A stretch of 63,994 nucleotides of DNA, counting the filler, from an uncultured bacterium (GTDB taxonomy: Bacteria; CAYJOG01): assembly GCA_964371695.1 (NCBI GenBank). It is 8 parts of 8 records of this genome, joined end to end, with 100 filler letters (N's around TTAATTAATTAA, not from the genome) between each part and the next. Parts side by side here need not be neighbours in the genome. Positions count along the whole stretch, not along the records: positions 41,962 to 50,173 come from CAYJOG010000106.1; positions 50,274 to 58,342 come from CAYJOG010000108.1; 6 more parts are not named here. The stretch is one strand, 5' to 3'. Below, in pieces: positions 47,753 through 58,442 of this stretch. The notes under the pieces were generated by a model. That model saw nothing but the letters and a program-made list of their open reading frames with translations. It did not search any database and was not told the origin of the DNA. Positions within the stretch are counted from its first letter, which is position 1. Each line of letters begins with the position of its first letter. A program made the position numbers and the translations under genes.

Positions 47753-48085
47753 TCATGGCTCCTGCGGGGGCTGGTCTTCCTCCACCGTCACCTGCAACGG
47801 GTGGCCATATTGCCGGGCCAGACCCATCACCTGCAGGGCCTTGGTCTCGGCGATGTCTCGCGTGAAAACACCGGCCACCCCCACCCCCTGTTGATGCACC
47901 GCCAGCATCAGCGCCTCGGCGGCGGTGGAACTCAGGTGAAACACCCGCCTGAGCACCATCACCACAAACTCCATGGGTGTGAAGTCGTCGTTGTGAATCA
48001 GCACCTTGTAAAGCGGCGGACGTTTTGTCCGCGCCCTGGTGCGCTCTTTGACGGAAACGTTTTCTTGGGGGAGGCGTTGCGCCAT
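47753..48085 (-). CDS. clpS: ATP-dependent Clp protease adaptor ClpS
   Basis: YKVLIHNDDFTPMEFVV, MLAVHQQG, RDIAETK, HPL. Confidence 0.96.
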   Translation of the reverse strand: MAQRLPQENVSVKERTRARTKRPPLYKVLIHNDDFTPMEFVVMVLRRVFHLSSTAAEALMLAVHQQGVGVAGVFTRDIAETKALQVMGLARQYGHPLQVTVEEDQPPQEP

Positions 48086-48104
48086 GACGTCATGACAATC
48101 CCGG

Positions 48105-48380
48105 TCAGCGGCTTTGCCTCATGGCCATGATGTCGTTATACCCCCTGTGTGAGATGGGCAGGGCAAGAGTGATTTGAATGAGTTGGGCGGAAGACAGATT
48201 TTTTTCAAGCACATGCCACAGGGCATCGGCGTTTTCCTGATCATAACCATCAGGAAACGCATCAGAAACCACAAAAACATGGTAATTCCCGGTAAGTCTG
48301 TTTTTGGAAACACCAAGGGTCGCGTCAGGATAAGCCGCTTTGAGGATTTTATCTATTTTGTTCTTCATGTTTTCCGCCAC
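48105..48380 (-). CDS. Small protein with BolA/KH-like signature, partner of HEPN gene
   Basis: ILKAAYPDA, HVFVVSDAF, LWHVL; GGAGG RBS; AT-rich. Confidence 0.65.
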   Translation of the reverse strand: MAENMKNKIDKILKAAYPDATLGVSKNRLTGNYHVFVVSDAFPDGYDQENADALWHVLEKNLSSAQLIQITLALPISHRGYNDIMAMRQSR

Positions 48381-48381
48381 A

Positions 48382-48828
48382 TCAACCTCCCGTTATCAAG
48401 TGCGCCACAACTATATCCGCGTTTTTAAAAAATGAATCACACGTCTTTTTTTCTTTCGCAGAACTGCTCTCAGGGGAATATCTTTCTTCAGATGTCCATA
48501 TGCCGTTACACTCTTTGAATGAACACTTCAACCTGATCAAATCAGTTTTCTTGAATTTCACACCCTTCAAAATCAATTCCAGGTAATATTCCAGCCGGTG
48601 GTGAAACACGGACAAATCATGATTTTTTTCAAGATCTTCAAGTTTTTCTTCTCCTTTCATTTCAAGCAATTGCCATTTAAGAATGCACTCCAGTTGATAA
48701 CCTTTCATATAAATTGCACCACGATATCTTGATCCTTTTCTGAGCGTTTCAGAATCCAGGCCGCGCTCTTTGGCTGCGGTAAATAGCTGACCGGATTTCT
48801 GATATTTATATCTTTGTTGTTGCAACAA
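48382..48828 (-). CDS. HEPN-domain-like protein
   Basis: RYRGAIYMKGYQLECILK, HxL, WTSEERY; AT-rich. Confidence 0.7.
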   Translation of the reverse strand: MLQQQRYKYQKSGQLFTAAKERGLDSETLRKGSRYRGAIYMKGYQLECILKWQLLEMKGEEKLEDLEKNHDLSVFHHRLEYYLELILKGVKFKKTDLIRLKCSFKECNGIWTSEERYSPESSSAKEKKTCDSFFKNADIVVAHLITGG

Positions 48829-48892
48829 AACATATGGTAACCTGACGGAAGCGGGCTTTCAAGAAGTCCGGCAAATGAGTTGCTGAAAAACA

Positions 48893-50173
48893 ATGCCTCT
48901 GGCCAAAAAAACAGGATGGGGAATGTTGCTGCTTTTGTTTTGCAGCCTTGGTGTGGCCCACGCCGCCGCGCCGGTTATTTCCACCGACTGGCCCAGTCGT
49001 CTGCTTTGGCTGGCCGCGCCCGAAAAACTGCCGCCACAAATCCGCCCCAGCCACACCGTGCTGCACGCCACGCCCATCCGGGCCATGCTGGCCGTGCAGT
49101 GGCCCCACCTGCGCGAAGAAACCCGCCTGCTGGCCCAGGCCCTGGGATTGGTGTTACCCACGCCGGGTCGCGCCGCCAGCAGCGGGGCCATCTTCTGGCG
49201 GCCCGCCATGAGTGGGGAACAGACCCTCACGGTGGGGGGGTTCCGCCTGCATTACACCACCAGCGGAACCCACGCCGCACCGGCGGATTATGTAAGTGAT
49301 CTGGCGGCGATTCTGGCGGACATTCAGGGCACCGAACTCACCGGCCTGGGTTATCCGCCACCCTTGCCCGACAGCGACGGCCTGTATGACGTTTACCTTC
49401 AGAACCTCTACAACAGCACTTCCGGCACGGGTTATTTCGGTTATGTGCAGCCCGAAGGCGCGGGGGGCAACAACCCTGCCACGTCCCAGACCGAAACAGG
49501 GGCCATGTCCAGTTTCATGGTGCTGGAAAACGACCTGGCCGAGGCGGTGTTCAAAAGCCCCACCCTGGCGCTGCGCCGCCTGAACCTGCAGGCCACGGTG
49601 GCCCACGAGTTTTTTCACGCGGTGCAGTTTGGCCTGGGGGGTTTTGAGAGCTTCAGCACCGAAGACACCTGGCTCATGGAATCCACCGCCGTGTGGATGG
49701 AAGAAACCGTCTACCCCGCCAGCAACGTGAGTTACACCGAATATCTGGACAACTTTCTGCTGGCCCCGGACCTGTTGTTTTTTTCCACCGACAGCGCCCA
49801 GGGCCTGGGCAGCGCAAAGCCCGCGCCCCTGCACGAATACGGCAGTTTTGTGTTCTGGACTTTTCTGGAAGACCACGCGCCGGACATGCGAAACGGTCTG
49901 AAACAACTGTTGATGGACAAAGCCCTGAACGGTGGCGCACTGGGCACACAGCTCGACACACTTTTCGCCAACCACACCAGCACCAGCAAAACCACGCTGC
50001 TCCGGCAGTTTTCGCTGGCGAACGCCCTGCTGGTTTCGCCCGCCAACGTCCCGGCGGATCTGGCCGCTTACACCCACCGCGACGCGGCGGTGTTCCCGGT
50101 CATCGGCAGCGTGAGCGGCAGTGGTCTGGTGGGGGTGGAGGCGGCCCTCACGTTTGATGGCACGATCCAGAGC
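48893..50173 (+). CDS. Secreted zinc metalloprotease (MXAN_6640-like), 3' truncated
   Basis: Signal peptide, FRLHYTTSG, YDVYL, VAHEFFHAVQF, WLMESTAVWME. Confidence 0.8.
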
Positions 50174-50273
50174 NNNNNNNNNNNNNNNNNNNNNNNNNNN
50201 NNNNNNNNNNNNNNNNNTTAATTAATTAANNNNNNNNNNNNNNNNNNNNNNNNNNNNNNNNNNNNNNNNNNNN

Positions 50274-51622
50274 CGAGCGACGGAATCGCCAAAATGAATT
50301 TGATCACCTTCCTTCACCTGCTTTTCCATCGTGGCCACGTTTTTTTCCTGGTCCTCCACCATTTTGGTGAGTTCAGAAAGCGCGCCCTGAATGGACTCCT
50401 GCTCCATGTGAATCTTGGGATTGCCCCCCACCTGCACCGTGGTGGCGGGGTGGGCCACGGCGCCCAGGTCATTCACCGTGAGGGTGCCGCCGCAGCGGGT
50501 GACACCGCCAATGATCTGCCCCCGCTTGGCCGTGACAGTGACGTTGCCAAAAGCCATGAGGGTGCTGTGCAGAACCGATTCATCCACCACCACATTGCCT
50601 TCGGCCAGCACCGTGGCCTTGTCCACATAAAGCGCCTGCACGTCGCCAGCGGCCTGCACCACTGTTTTGTTGTGGCCCGCCACGCCGCCGCGAATCACCA
50701 CGTTGCCGCCAGTGCTCTCCACTCTGGCGCTGTCCACAATGCCATCAATCACGATATCGCCGGTGCTCTGGATACAAAAACCGGGCAACACACTGCCCCG
50801 GATGTGCAATGCACCGTGAAAGTTCATGTTGCCCACCGAAAAATCGATGTCGCCGCCCACTTCCAGCAACGGATTGACCTCGATGAGGCCGGACTTGAAT
50901 GAGGGCACACCCTCGATGTCGCTCAACACCAACGTCTGGGTTTCATCGCTGTAACGGGTGTTTTTGCCCAGGCGCAACTTGACGGGTTTGGGGCGCGGCA
51001 CACTGATGGCATGGCCCGTCACCGTCTGGCCGGGCTGGCCCTCCTGCGGGTGGGTCACCTTGAGGATGGCTTCATTCTGGGCCACGCTGGCGATGCCGCC
51101 GCCCGCCCGGTAATCCACCCGTTCCAGGCCGATGTCTTCCGTCGTCTTTTTGGGGCCGAACAACACTTCCGCGCTGCCGTCCACGGGCATCACCGGGGGG
51201 ATGCCCTCAGCAATCAGCGTGGGCATTTCATAGAGTTGGTCGGCCAGCATGTTGCTGATGACTTCTTCTTTCAGCCCCACCTTCAGACCCTTGTCCTGCA
51301 GAGCCGCCATCAACTCTCCCGCGCTGGGCGTCACGCCCCCCATGGCCGGAATCAGCACCCCCGTAGCGGTCATCTGATCCGCGGAAACGTCGAATTCGAT
51401 GGTGGCGTTGCGGGGATACATCACCGACCCCTGAAACCCACCCTTGCCCGTCAGAGCCTTTTCAATCAGGTTCAGGTCTATGAAAAACCCGTGGCTGTTC
51501 ATGTCGCCGATGGCCAGGGCCACCTGCGAGGCCTGCACCGAGCCGTCGTTTTTGCCGGGGGCCACCGCCAGAGTCACCGCGCCGTTTTCCTGCTGGTTGA
51601 GCTTGATCCACTCGGGCAGCAT
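50274..51622 (-). CDS. FapA/DUF342 family protein, 3' truncated
   Basis: VSADQMTA, GQPGQTVTG, GDIDFSVGNMNFHG, beta-helix repeats, GQIIGG. Confidence 0.88.
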
Positions 51623-51626
51623 GGGC

Positions 51627-53192
51627 TTACCTCTTTTCCTGAAGCAGGGCGATGGCCTGTTCGGTCATCACCTTGCGTTGAATTTTTCCTGTGTCTCCCT
51701 TGGGGATGTCCTCGACAAACAACACAAACCGGGGCACCTCAAACTTCATCACACGGTCCTTGAGAAAACCGATGATGTCATCTGGCGCGGCCTGCTGGCG
51801 GTCTTTAAGTTTCACACAGGCGGCCACCACGTTGCCGCGGATGTCATCGGGCACCCCCACGCAACAGGCCTCCAGCACCGCCGGGTGCTGCCAGAGTTTT
51901 TCGTCAATGCTCAGGTAGTTCACAAACTCGCCGTCCACCTTGCCCGTGTCCACCGAGCCGCGCCCCACAAAAAAGTACACGCCGTCTTCATCGGCCATCA
52001 CGTCGTCTCCCGTGTCAAAAAAACCATCGCCATAAGGGAACGACTTGCGCGTGGCTTCTTCGGCGTCGAAGTATTCGTCAAACACGTTTGGCCCTTTGAT
52101 GAACAGGCCGCCGGTGCGCCCGGCAGGCAGGGTCTGGCCCGTCTCGCGGTCCACCACCTTCATTTCGTTGATGGCCAGGGGTTTGCCCATGGAGCCGGGT
52201 TTCATTTTTTCTGGCTGCGACGGGTCGTTCTGGCAACCCCAGCAGCCGGTTTCGGTCATGCCCCAGCCGTTGCTCACAAACAGGCCGGTTTTTTCCATGA
52301 ATTCCTTTTGCAGGTCCACCGAAAGCGGCGCGGCCCCGCAGATGATGTAATCCAGGCCGGCATAGTCTTCCTGCGGCGGAATGCCGTGGGCCAGCAAACG
52401 CGTGAGCAGCGAGGGCACCACACTCACCACGTTTACGCCGTGTTCCTTCACCACGGGGAAAAACCGGCTGGCGCTGAACTTCTCGAACAGGCACACCGGG
52501 TTGCCCAGTGTGAGCGCGGGGAAAAAGCTGGTGTATTGCGCGTTGACGTGAAAAAGCGGCAGCACGCAGGCATACACCTGCCCCTCGCACATTTTGAAAT
52601 GCTCCCGCAGGGCAAAGCTGTCACAGAGCATTTCGTGGCGCTGCACCACCGCTTTGGGCAGGCCGGTGGTGCCGCTGGTGAAAATCATCTGGAAGGGATG
52701 GTGCGGCTGAATGGCGGGCCGGGCGTAGTCCTCGCCCTGGCGCGCCAGTTCGGTTTCGTAATCCAGGCTGCTGAGGGTGTTGGAGGACACGTTGAGAAAG
52801 GGTAGTTCCGGCAGTTGTTCACGCACAGCCCGGGCGGTGGACAAAAAATCGTCTTCGATGACAAAGGCTTTGGCGCGGGCCTTGGTGAGCATGTACACCA
52901 CGCGCTCGATGTTGCGCTCCAGCCCCAGGTTGATGGGGTTCACCACCAGCCCCGCCTTGATGCCCCCCACCCAGGGCACAAAAAAGTCCGGGCTGTTCTT
53001 GAGAAAAAAACTCACCGTGTCACCGGGCTTCAGGCCCATCTGCTGAAACAGGCAGGCGGCCTGATTGCTTTTTTTCTCCAGGTCCGACTGGGAAAGATGC
53101 CGCCCCTTTTCCACATCCACAATCAGCGGCCTGCCCGCATATCGTGCGGCGCTCTGGTGGAAAACGTCCGCCACCGATGTCACCTGAATCAT
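51627..53192 (-). CDS. Acyl-CoA synthetase (class I adenylate-forming, CaiC-like)
   Basis: FTSGTTGLPK, LPLFHVNA, GWGMTE, FDTGD, PKGDTGKIQR. Confidence 0.92.
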   Translation of the reverse strand: MIQVTSVADVFHQSAARYAGRPLIVDVEKGRHLSQSDLEKKSNQAACLFQQMGLKPGDTVSFFLKNSPDFFVPWVGGIKAGLVVNPINLGLERNIERVVYMLTKARAKAFVIEDDFLSTARAVREQLPELPFLNVSSNTLSSLDYETELARQGEDYARPAIQPHHPFQMIFTSGTTGLPKAVVQRHEMLCDSFALREHFKMCEGQVYACVLPLFHVNAQYTSFFPALTLGNPVCLFEKFSASRFFPVVKEHGVNVVSVVPSLLTRLLAHGIPPQEDYAGLDYIICGAAPLSVDLQKEFMEKTGLFVSNGWGMTETGCWGCQNDPSQPEKMKPGSMGKPLAINEMKVVDRETGQTLPAGRTGGLFIKGPNVFDEYFDAEEATRKSFPYGDGFFDTGDDVMADEDGVYFFVGRGSVDTGKVDGEFVNYLSIDEKLWQHPAVLEACCVGVPDDIRGNVVAACVKLKDRQQAAPDDIIGFLKDRVMKFEVPRFVLFVEDIPKGDTGKIQRKVMTEQAIALLQEKR

Positions 53193-53239
53193 GTCGCCTC
53201 CGGGTAAAAAATTGGAAGGGACAGTATAAACCTTTAGCC

Positions 53240-53632
53240 TTACGCCCGGTTCGCCAGATAGGGTTTCAGGCGGAACACCAGATGCTGCTCCAGCACCGGG
53301 GCAAAGTCGTCACGCCAGATCACCGGGATCACCACCACCAGGGCCGTGGGCCATTTTTTCTGCACTTCGGTGTGTTTTTCTCGGCACTGGGCGATGGCCT
53401 CGTTCAGGCTGCCGTGCCGCCCGCTGCTGGCCACCAGCAGGGGCCGGTGGCCGCCTTCTTCAAACAACACAAACACCCCCTTTTCCATGCCGCCATCAAA
53501 ATCTTCATCCTGTTCGGCCTGTTGCGGGGGAATCGGCTCGATCTGCTCCACGCCATAAAACCGGCAGCAGATGTGGGCCTCGGCGTAAATGGCCTGATAC
53601 AACGAATCGTGAACGGCTTGAAAATTGGGCAC
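53240..53632 (-). CDS. Hypothetical protein
   Basis: Fills the gap between co-oriented genes; GTG start. Confidence 0.55.
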   Translation of the reverse strand: MPNFQAVHDSLYQAIYAEAHICCRFYGVEQIEPIPPQQAEQDEDFDGGMEKGVFVLFEEGGHRPLLVASSGRHGSLNEAIAQCREKHTEVQKKWPTALVVVIPVIWRDDFAPVLEQHLVFRLKPYLANRA

Positions 53633-53648
53633 AGGGGCTTCCCTTCGG

Positions 53649-54791
53649 TCAACCGCCAGGGGCGCTTTTGGCGGCGGGGCGTTTGAACAGTTCGCTCAGT
53701 TTCAGGTCCGCCCATCCCTGACTTTTGTCCAGCGCCCACACGCTGAAAAGGTCTGCGGCAGGGGCCCACACAAAACTGTGGACGGTTTTCTCCAGCTTTA
53801 CGCCGGTGGCGTGGATGAGCTTTTTGGCGGCTTCGGCGTCTATCTTGCCCCGGCTTTCTTCACTGGCGAGCCGCAGGGCCATGTACCTGTCCTTGCTGTT
53901 GAAATAGGGGATGTTCTTCATGTACATCTGGGGGTCGGTGAAATGGTTGGTGGTGATGAGCAAGCCGCCCTTCTGTTCCACCACGTTCACCCGCTTGGCC
54001 GAAAGCTCCAGGGTTTTGGCCTTGTTCTCCGGCCCGGAGCCTATCTGGATGTTAAACCCCGCCATGCGGGCCTGACCGGTGATGGCCTCCTCGGTTTCGG
54101 CCAGGGTCTTGGCCGATTCCAGTGCCGTGCGCAGCGTGAACAGCATGGGCTGGCCCGACCAGCTGTTTTCCAGGTTGGGGCTCAGGTTGATTTCCACCAT
54201 CTGGCCGCTTTCGTTCACGCCGCTGATCACGCCCTCCAGACCGTTGTAGGTGAACGAGAGAAAAGCCTGGCCACCGGTGGGGTGATACACCACCACCACG
54301 GCGCTTGCCTGCAAATCCTTGTCCACCGTCCAGTCCAGGTTGCGGGCCGTCACCAGCTTGCCTCCCGCCGTGGCCTCGCTGCCCGCCCCCAGAAAACTGC
54401 ACCCCAGGCGCGTCAGCACATCTACATAAGTGTGGGCCATCAGGATTTCTTCCTGACTCACCCCCGCGCCGTCGGCCACGCCCCGCACTTCTTCCAGCAG
54501 GTGTTTGGGAATGGTGGGCAGCATGGCCTGGGTTTTGTCCCACAGGTAACCCTTGTTGCGGGTGCGGGGATACACATAGGTTCCCAGAAAGTTCTTCACC
54601 AGCTTCTGGATGCGGTCCTTGAACGCCGAGCCGTGCTGAAAACCCATTTCATAGGGGGTGCCATAGACATGCAGCACCTCGATGCCACTGCGGGTTTCGA
54701 GTTGGGCGCTGGCCGCCATGGCCCGCCCCGGCCCACACAGCCACAGACTCAGCCCAAAAGCCGCCAATACCGGAAAAAAGATTTTTTTCAC
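53649..54791 (-). CDS. Peptidase C45 (Ntn-hydrolase) family, secreted
   Basis: GTPYEMGFQHG, GCS nucleophile, ARNLDW, SGVNESG, TNHF. Confidence 0.85.
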   Translation of the reverse strand: MKKIFFPVLAAFGLSLWLCGPGRAMAASAQLETRSGIEVLHVYGTPYEMGFQHGSAFKDRIQKLVKNFLGTYVYPRTRNKGYLWDKTQAMLPTIPKHLLEEVRGVADGAGVSQEEILMAHTYVDVLTRLGCSFLGAGSEATAGGKLVTARNLDWTVDKDLQASAVVVVYHPTGGQAFLSFTYNGLEGVISGVNESGQMVEINLSPNLENSWSGQPMLFTLRTALESAKTLAETEEAITGQARMAGFNIQIGSGPENKAKTLELSAKRVNVVEQKGGLLITTNHFTDPQMYMKNIPYFNSKDRYMALRLASEESRGKIDAEAAKKLIHATGVKLEKTVHSFVWAPAADLFSVWALDKSQGWADLKLSELFKRPAAKSAPGG

Positions 54792-54844
54792 AGGAGACTC
54801 CCCCCTGCCGCGCTTTTTATAATAATTGCGGTGAGGAAATAATA

Positions 54845-55582
54845 ATGCCACGTTCCATCGCCCGCCAATTGCCAATTTTCATTTTTCTGCTGCTGAGCGG
54901 CGCAGCCAGGGCGGCCTACCCTCCCCCACCTGCGCCTTCTCCCGAACCCTCCACCCAAGCCCCCGTCACCTCGGCCTCGGTGCAGGCCCAGGAGACCGAA
55001 GTGCGGCGGGTGTGCGATTCCATGCGCCCCTTTGTGGGCAACAAGGGCAAAATCCGCGCCATCGGCGTGGTGGCAGAGGCGGAAGTCAACGCCTGGGCCG
55101 ATCACAAAGGCACGGTCACCTTCACCACGGGCATTCTGAATTTTCTCAAAACCCCCGACGAAATCGCCGTCATCTGCGGCCACGAAATGAGCCACATCAC
55201 GGCGGGGCACATCAAGCGCAGCATCGGCACACAAATCCTGGGCACCATCATTGGCGGCGAATTGCTGGGGGACCTGGCCGGCTCGGCCCTGGTGAACAAA
55301 CAGAGCCGCAGCCACGAGCGTGAGGCCGATGAGCGGGGCCTGTTCGCCATGTGGCGGGCGGGTTATAACCCCATGACCGCCGTGGACGTGTGGCAACGCA
55401 TGATGGACAAATACGGCGGCAAGAACATTCCCTATTTCTCCAGCCACCCCAGCAACAAGGAGCGCCTGCAAAACATGAAGGTGATCATGGTGCGCAACTG
55501 CCTGAAGGACGAAAGCCAGCTTTTCTGCGACCGTGTCCTGAACGACGCCGACTACAAGGCGACTTATGAGAAGTTCAAATAA
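54845..55582 (+). CDS. Peptidase M48 family metalloprotease
   Basis: VNAWA, GHEMSH, EREAD, SSHP. Confidence 0.92.
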   Translation: MPRSIARQLPIFIFLLLSGAARAAYPPPPAPSPEPSTQAPVTSASVQAQETEVRRVCDSMRPFVGNKGKIRAIGVVAEAEVNAWADHKGTVTFTTGILNFLKTPDEIAVICGHEMSHITAGHIKRSIGTQILGTIIGGELLGDLAGSALVNKQSRSHEREADERGLFAMWRAGYNPMTAVDVWQRMMDKYGGKNIPYFSSHPSNKERLQNMKVIMVRNCLKDESQLFCDRVLNDADYKATYEKFK

Positions 55583-55970
55583 GCGAAAAACCGAAGAAGG
55601 AAGTTGGCGGTTGGACGTTGGAAAAAAAAGCCTCCAGCGTCCCCCGGCAAGCAGCCTCCCCGACCGCCGGGGGTAACCCCCAACCCGGGGGTCGGCCCAA
55701 AAAAAACAAAAAAAATTTTTTATNNNNNNNNNNGTCATTCCCGCGAAAGCGGGAATCCAGCCAAACAAAGACAAAAAACTTTTTCCTTTTAAAGGCGGGC
55801 GGGGACGCCCGCCCCACTGAAAGAAAACAGAAATAGGGGTGAGCCTTTTGGTTCAACTGGATTCCCGCTTTTGCGGGAATGACGGCAGAAGGCAACGCGG
55901 CTTTTTGCCTTTTCCAACATCCTGTCTCCATCTTCCATCGCCCGCCTCCCCTCTCCGCTAAACTTCACCC

Positions 55971-56588
55971 ATGCACGCACTTCTTGCGGTCAACATGCAG
56001 GTGGATCACTTCACCGGGGCCTGGCCCGTGCCCGGCGCGCCGGGCATCCTTGCGTCGGTCAATCAATTGCTCTCGGCTTTTCCCCTGTGTGTGGCCAGCA
56101 AAAAATGGCACCCCACCGATCACTTCTGTTTCGCCGCCAATCACTCCGGCCATCAGCCGGGCGAAAAAATAAAAATCGACCACGCCCACTGGGTCTTGAA
56201 ACCCACCCACTGTGTGCGCGCCACGCCGGGCGCAAACTTTGCCGAGGGCCTGGAATCGTGGCGGTTTGAGGTGGTTTTCCGCACCTGCATGCACCCCGAT
56301 TTTGACGATGGTGGGGCCTTCAGTGACCACAACAACGAAAACAACACGGGGCTGGACGCCTGGCTGCTGGGCCGGGGTGTGCATCACCTTTACATAACAG
56401 GCCTCACGCTGGAAGGCTCGGTGAGCGAAACGGCGCTCAACGCCACCCACAGCATCCGCCACGTTTATGTGGTGCGCGAGGCCGTGGCGGGTTTTGACGA
56501 CGCCGAAATGCAGAACGCCTGGAAAATCCTTGAAGAAAACGGCGTGAAGGCCGTGAGCCTGGCCCAGGCCCTGGCCGCCGTGGAATAA
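55971..56588 (+). CDS. Nicotinamidase (PncA)-like protein with substituted catalytic residues
   Basis: WHPTDH, HCV..TPGA, GL..SV.ETAL; isochorismatase fold. Confidence 0.8.
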   Translation: MHALLAVNMQVDHFTGAWPVPGAPGILASVNQLLSAFPLCVASKKWHPTDHFCFAANHSGHQPGEKIKIDHAHWVLKPTHCVRATPGANFAEGLESWRFEVVFRTCMHPDFDDGGAFSDHNNENNTGLDAWLLGRGVHHLYITGLTLEGSVSETALNATHSIRHVYVVREAVAGFDDAEMQNAWKILEENGVKAVSLAQALAAVE

Positions 56589-56615
56589 CTTCTAACGATG
56601 CTGGCAACACCCGCA

Positions 56616-56901
56616 GCCAGAGGCCATGGATGGCCGTTTCCGCCGCCGGGCGAGGCGGGTGTCCTGCCAGAGCACCAAAGTGCTCTGGCCCGCCGAGCGG
56701 GCATCCATGGAAGGATGCCCTGGGACCAACAGCCACGGAGGGCCAATCTTCCTATGGGCATTTCCAGCAATATATCGGCCACCCCGGCGCTGTCGCGCCG
56801 CTTGTCGCGCCCGGCAGCATCAATATGCTGCCGCTCCCCCAAAAGACCTCCCGCGACAATTGCAAGGTTTCATGGATGAAACCGGCGGACCAAATGTAAG
56901 C
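56616..56901 (+). repeat. Family A structured element, copy 5 (expanded interior)
   Basis: GCCAGAGGCCATGGATGGCCGTTTCCGCCGCC ... TGCAAGGTTTCATGGATGAAACCGGCG. Confidence 0.85.
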
Positions 56902-56971
56902 CAAAGAGGTGCTTCGTTTGCACCAACAGAATTGATGCCGCTTTGAATGTCCTTTAGTATGCACAGGCCCC

Positions 56972-57259
56972 ATGAACCGCCTTTTGAAAATCATTCACTG
57001 GATCATCATCGTGAACTTTTTGCTGGAAATCGGCTATGGGGCCTACATGGTGTTTTTTGCCCTGCGCGACGACGAAGGCGGCCCCCTGGGTGAGCGCGCC
57101 GCCGACATGCCCTTTGAAAAAATGGCCACCCGTCGCCTTTATGCCACCGAAACCTGGATCGCCATCACCGGCCTGTCGTTGTATCTGGCGGTGACCGAGA
57201 TTTTGCCCCGCACCCTCAACCAGCAGGCCAAAAGGTCTTTGTTGAAGCTCTTTGTCTGA
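56972..57259 (+). CDS. Small membrane hypothetical protein
   Basis: Two TM helices, RRLYATETWIA; operonic with the next gene. Confidence 0.7.
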   Translation: MNRLLKIIHWIIIVNFLLEIGYGAYMVFFALRDDEGGPLGERAADMPFEKMATRRLYATETWIAITGLSLYLAVTEILPRTLNQQAKRSLLKLFV

Positions 57260-57262
57260 CCC

Positions 57263-57898
57263 ATGGCGGCGATTCCTCAAGAGGTGGTGCAGGCTGAGCT
57301 GGACGGCGCGTGGCGCACTTTCGGCATTCTTTTGCCGGAGCTGGGGCTGTTGCCGCTGCTGGGGCTGATGGGCGAAATTGTGATTGCCGAAACCAGGGGC
57401 GAACCCTTTGCCGCCCTGGGGCCGCCGGTGGATGACCAGGACCTGCTCTCTCGCAAACAACTTGGCCCGGCGGTGTTGCTGGAACGCGCCCTGCGCAAAC
57501 GGGTGCCCCCGGCCCGCGCCCGCGAACTCACCCGCCGCGTGGTGCTGGAAAGCTCCATCACGTTTCTCAAACTCAACGTGCCCCTGCTGCGCAAAAAACA
57601 GGTGCTGCACCTGGGAGAAAACGCCCGCCGCCGTTTTGGCGAAAGAATCGCCAGAAAGTTTTTCAACGCCGACGTGAACCTGACCTTTGAGCAGGACGCC
57701 GCCATTAACTTCACCGTGCATCGCTGCCGGTTTGTGGAACTGCTGAGCGCCGTGGGTGAAATGGACATGGCCAGCCACTTTTGCCAGGGCGACGCCCATT
57801 TTTTTGAGCAGCACCAGCCCGAAGTACAAATGACCCGCACGGTGGAGCTTTCCACCGGCGGCCCCCACTGTGATTTCCGTTTTGCCTGGAAAAAGTGA
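57263..57898 (+). CDS. L-2-amino-thiazoline-4-carboxylic acid hydrolase-like family protein
   Basis: FTVHRCRFVE, FCQGD, RT..L..GG.HCDFRF. Confidence 0.8.
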   Translation: MAAIPQEVVQAELDGAWRTFGILLPELGLLPLLGLMGEIVIAETRGEPFAALGPPVDDQDLLSRKQLGPAVLLERALRKRVPPARARELTRRVVLESSITFLKLNVPLLRKKQVLHLGENARRRFGERIARKFFNADVNLTFEQDAAINFTVHRCRFVELLSAVGEMDMASHFCQGDAHFFEQHQPEVQMTRTVELSTGGPHCDFRFAWKK

Positions 57899-57969
57899 GG
57901 TGGCCCTAAATTGCAACACGGTTGCGATTATTTTGCGAACCTGCCAGGATGCCCCAGCGCTGAGACACC

Positions 57970-58342
57970 ATGATTGAGCTGAAGGACATCCATCACGACT
58001 ACGGCCAGGGGGCCGCCCTGCAACTGGCTGCTTTTTCGCTGAAGCAGGGAGAACAGGCCCTGGTGATCGGCCCCAGCGGCAGCGGCAAAACCACCCTGCT
58101 TCATCTGCTGGCCGGTTTGCTGCACCCCCAGCAGGGCGAGGTGCATGTGGCGGGTGTGGCGCTGAGGGGCCTCTCACCGGCGGCGCTGGATCATTTCCGG
58201 GGCAGACACATCGGTTTTGTGCCCCAGCGGCTGCACCTCATCGGCGCGCTTTCAGCCATGGAAAACCTGTTGCTGGCCCAGTATCTGGCCGGTAAAAAAC
58301 AGGATGCCCGACAGGCCATGGCCCTGCTGGAAACCCTGGGTC
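57970..58342 (+). CDS. ABC transporter ATP-binding protein, 3' truncated
   Basis: GPSGSGKT, IGFVPQ. Confidence 0.9.
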
Positions 58343-58442
58343 NNNNNNNNNNNNNNNNNNNNNNNNNNNNNNNNNNNNNNNNNNNNTTAATTAATTAANN
58401 NNNNNNNNNNNNNNNNNNNNNNNNNNNNNNNNNNNNNNNNNN

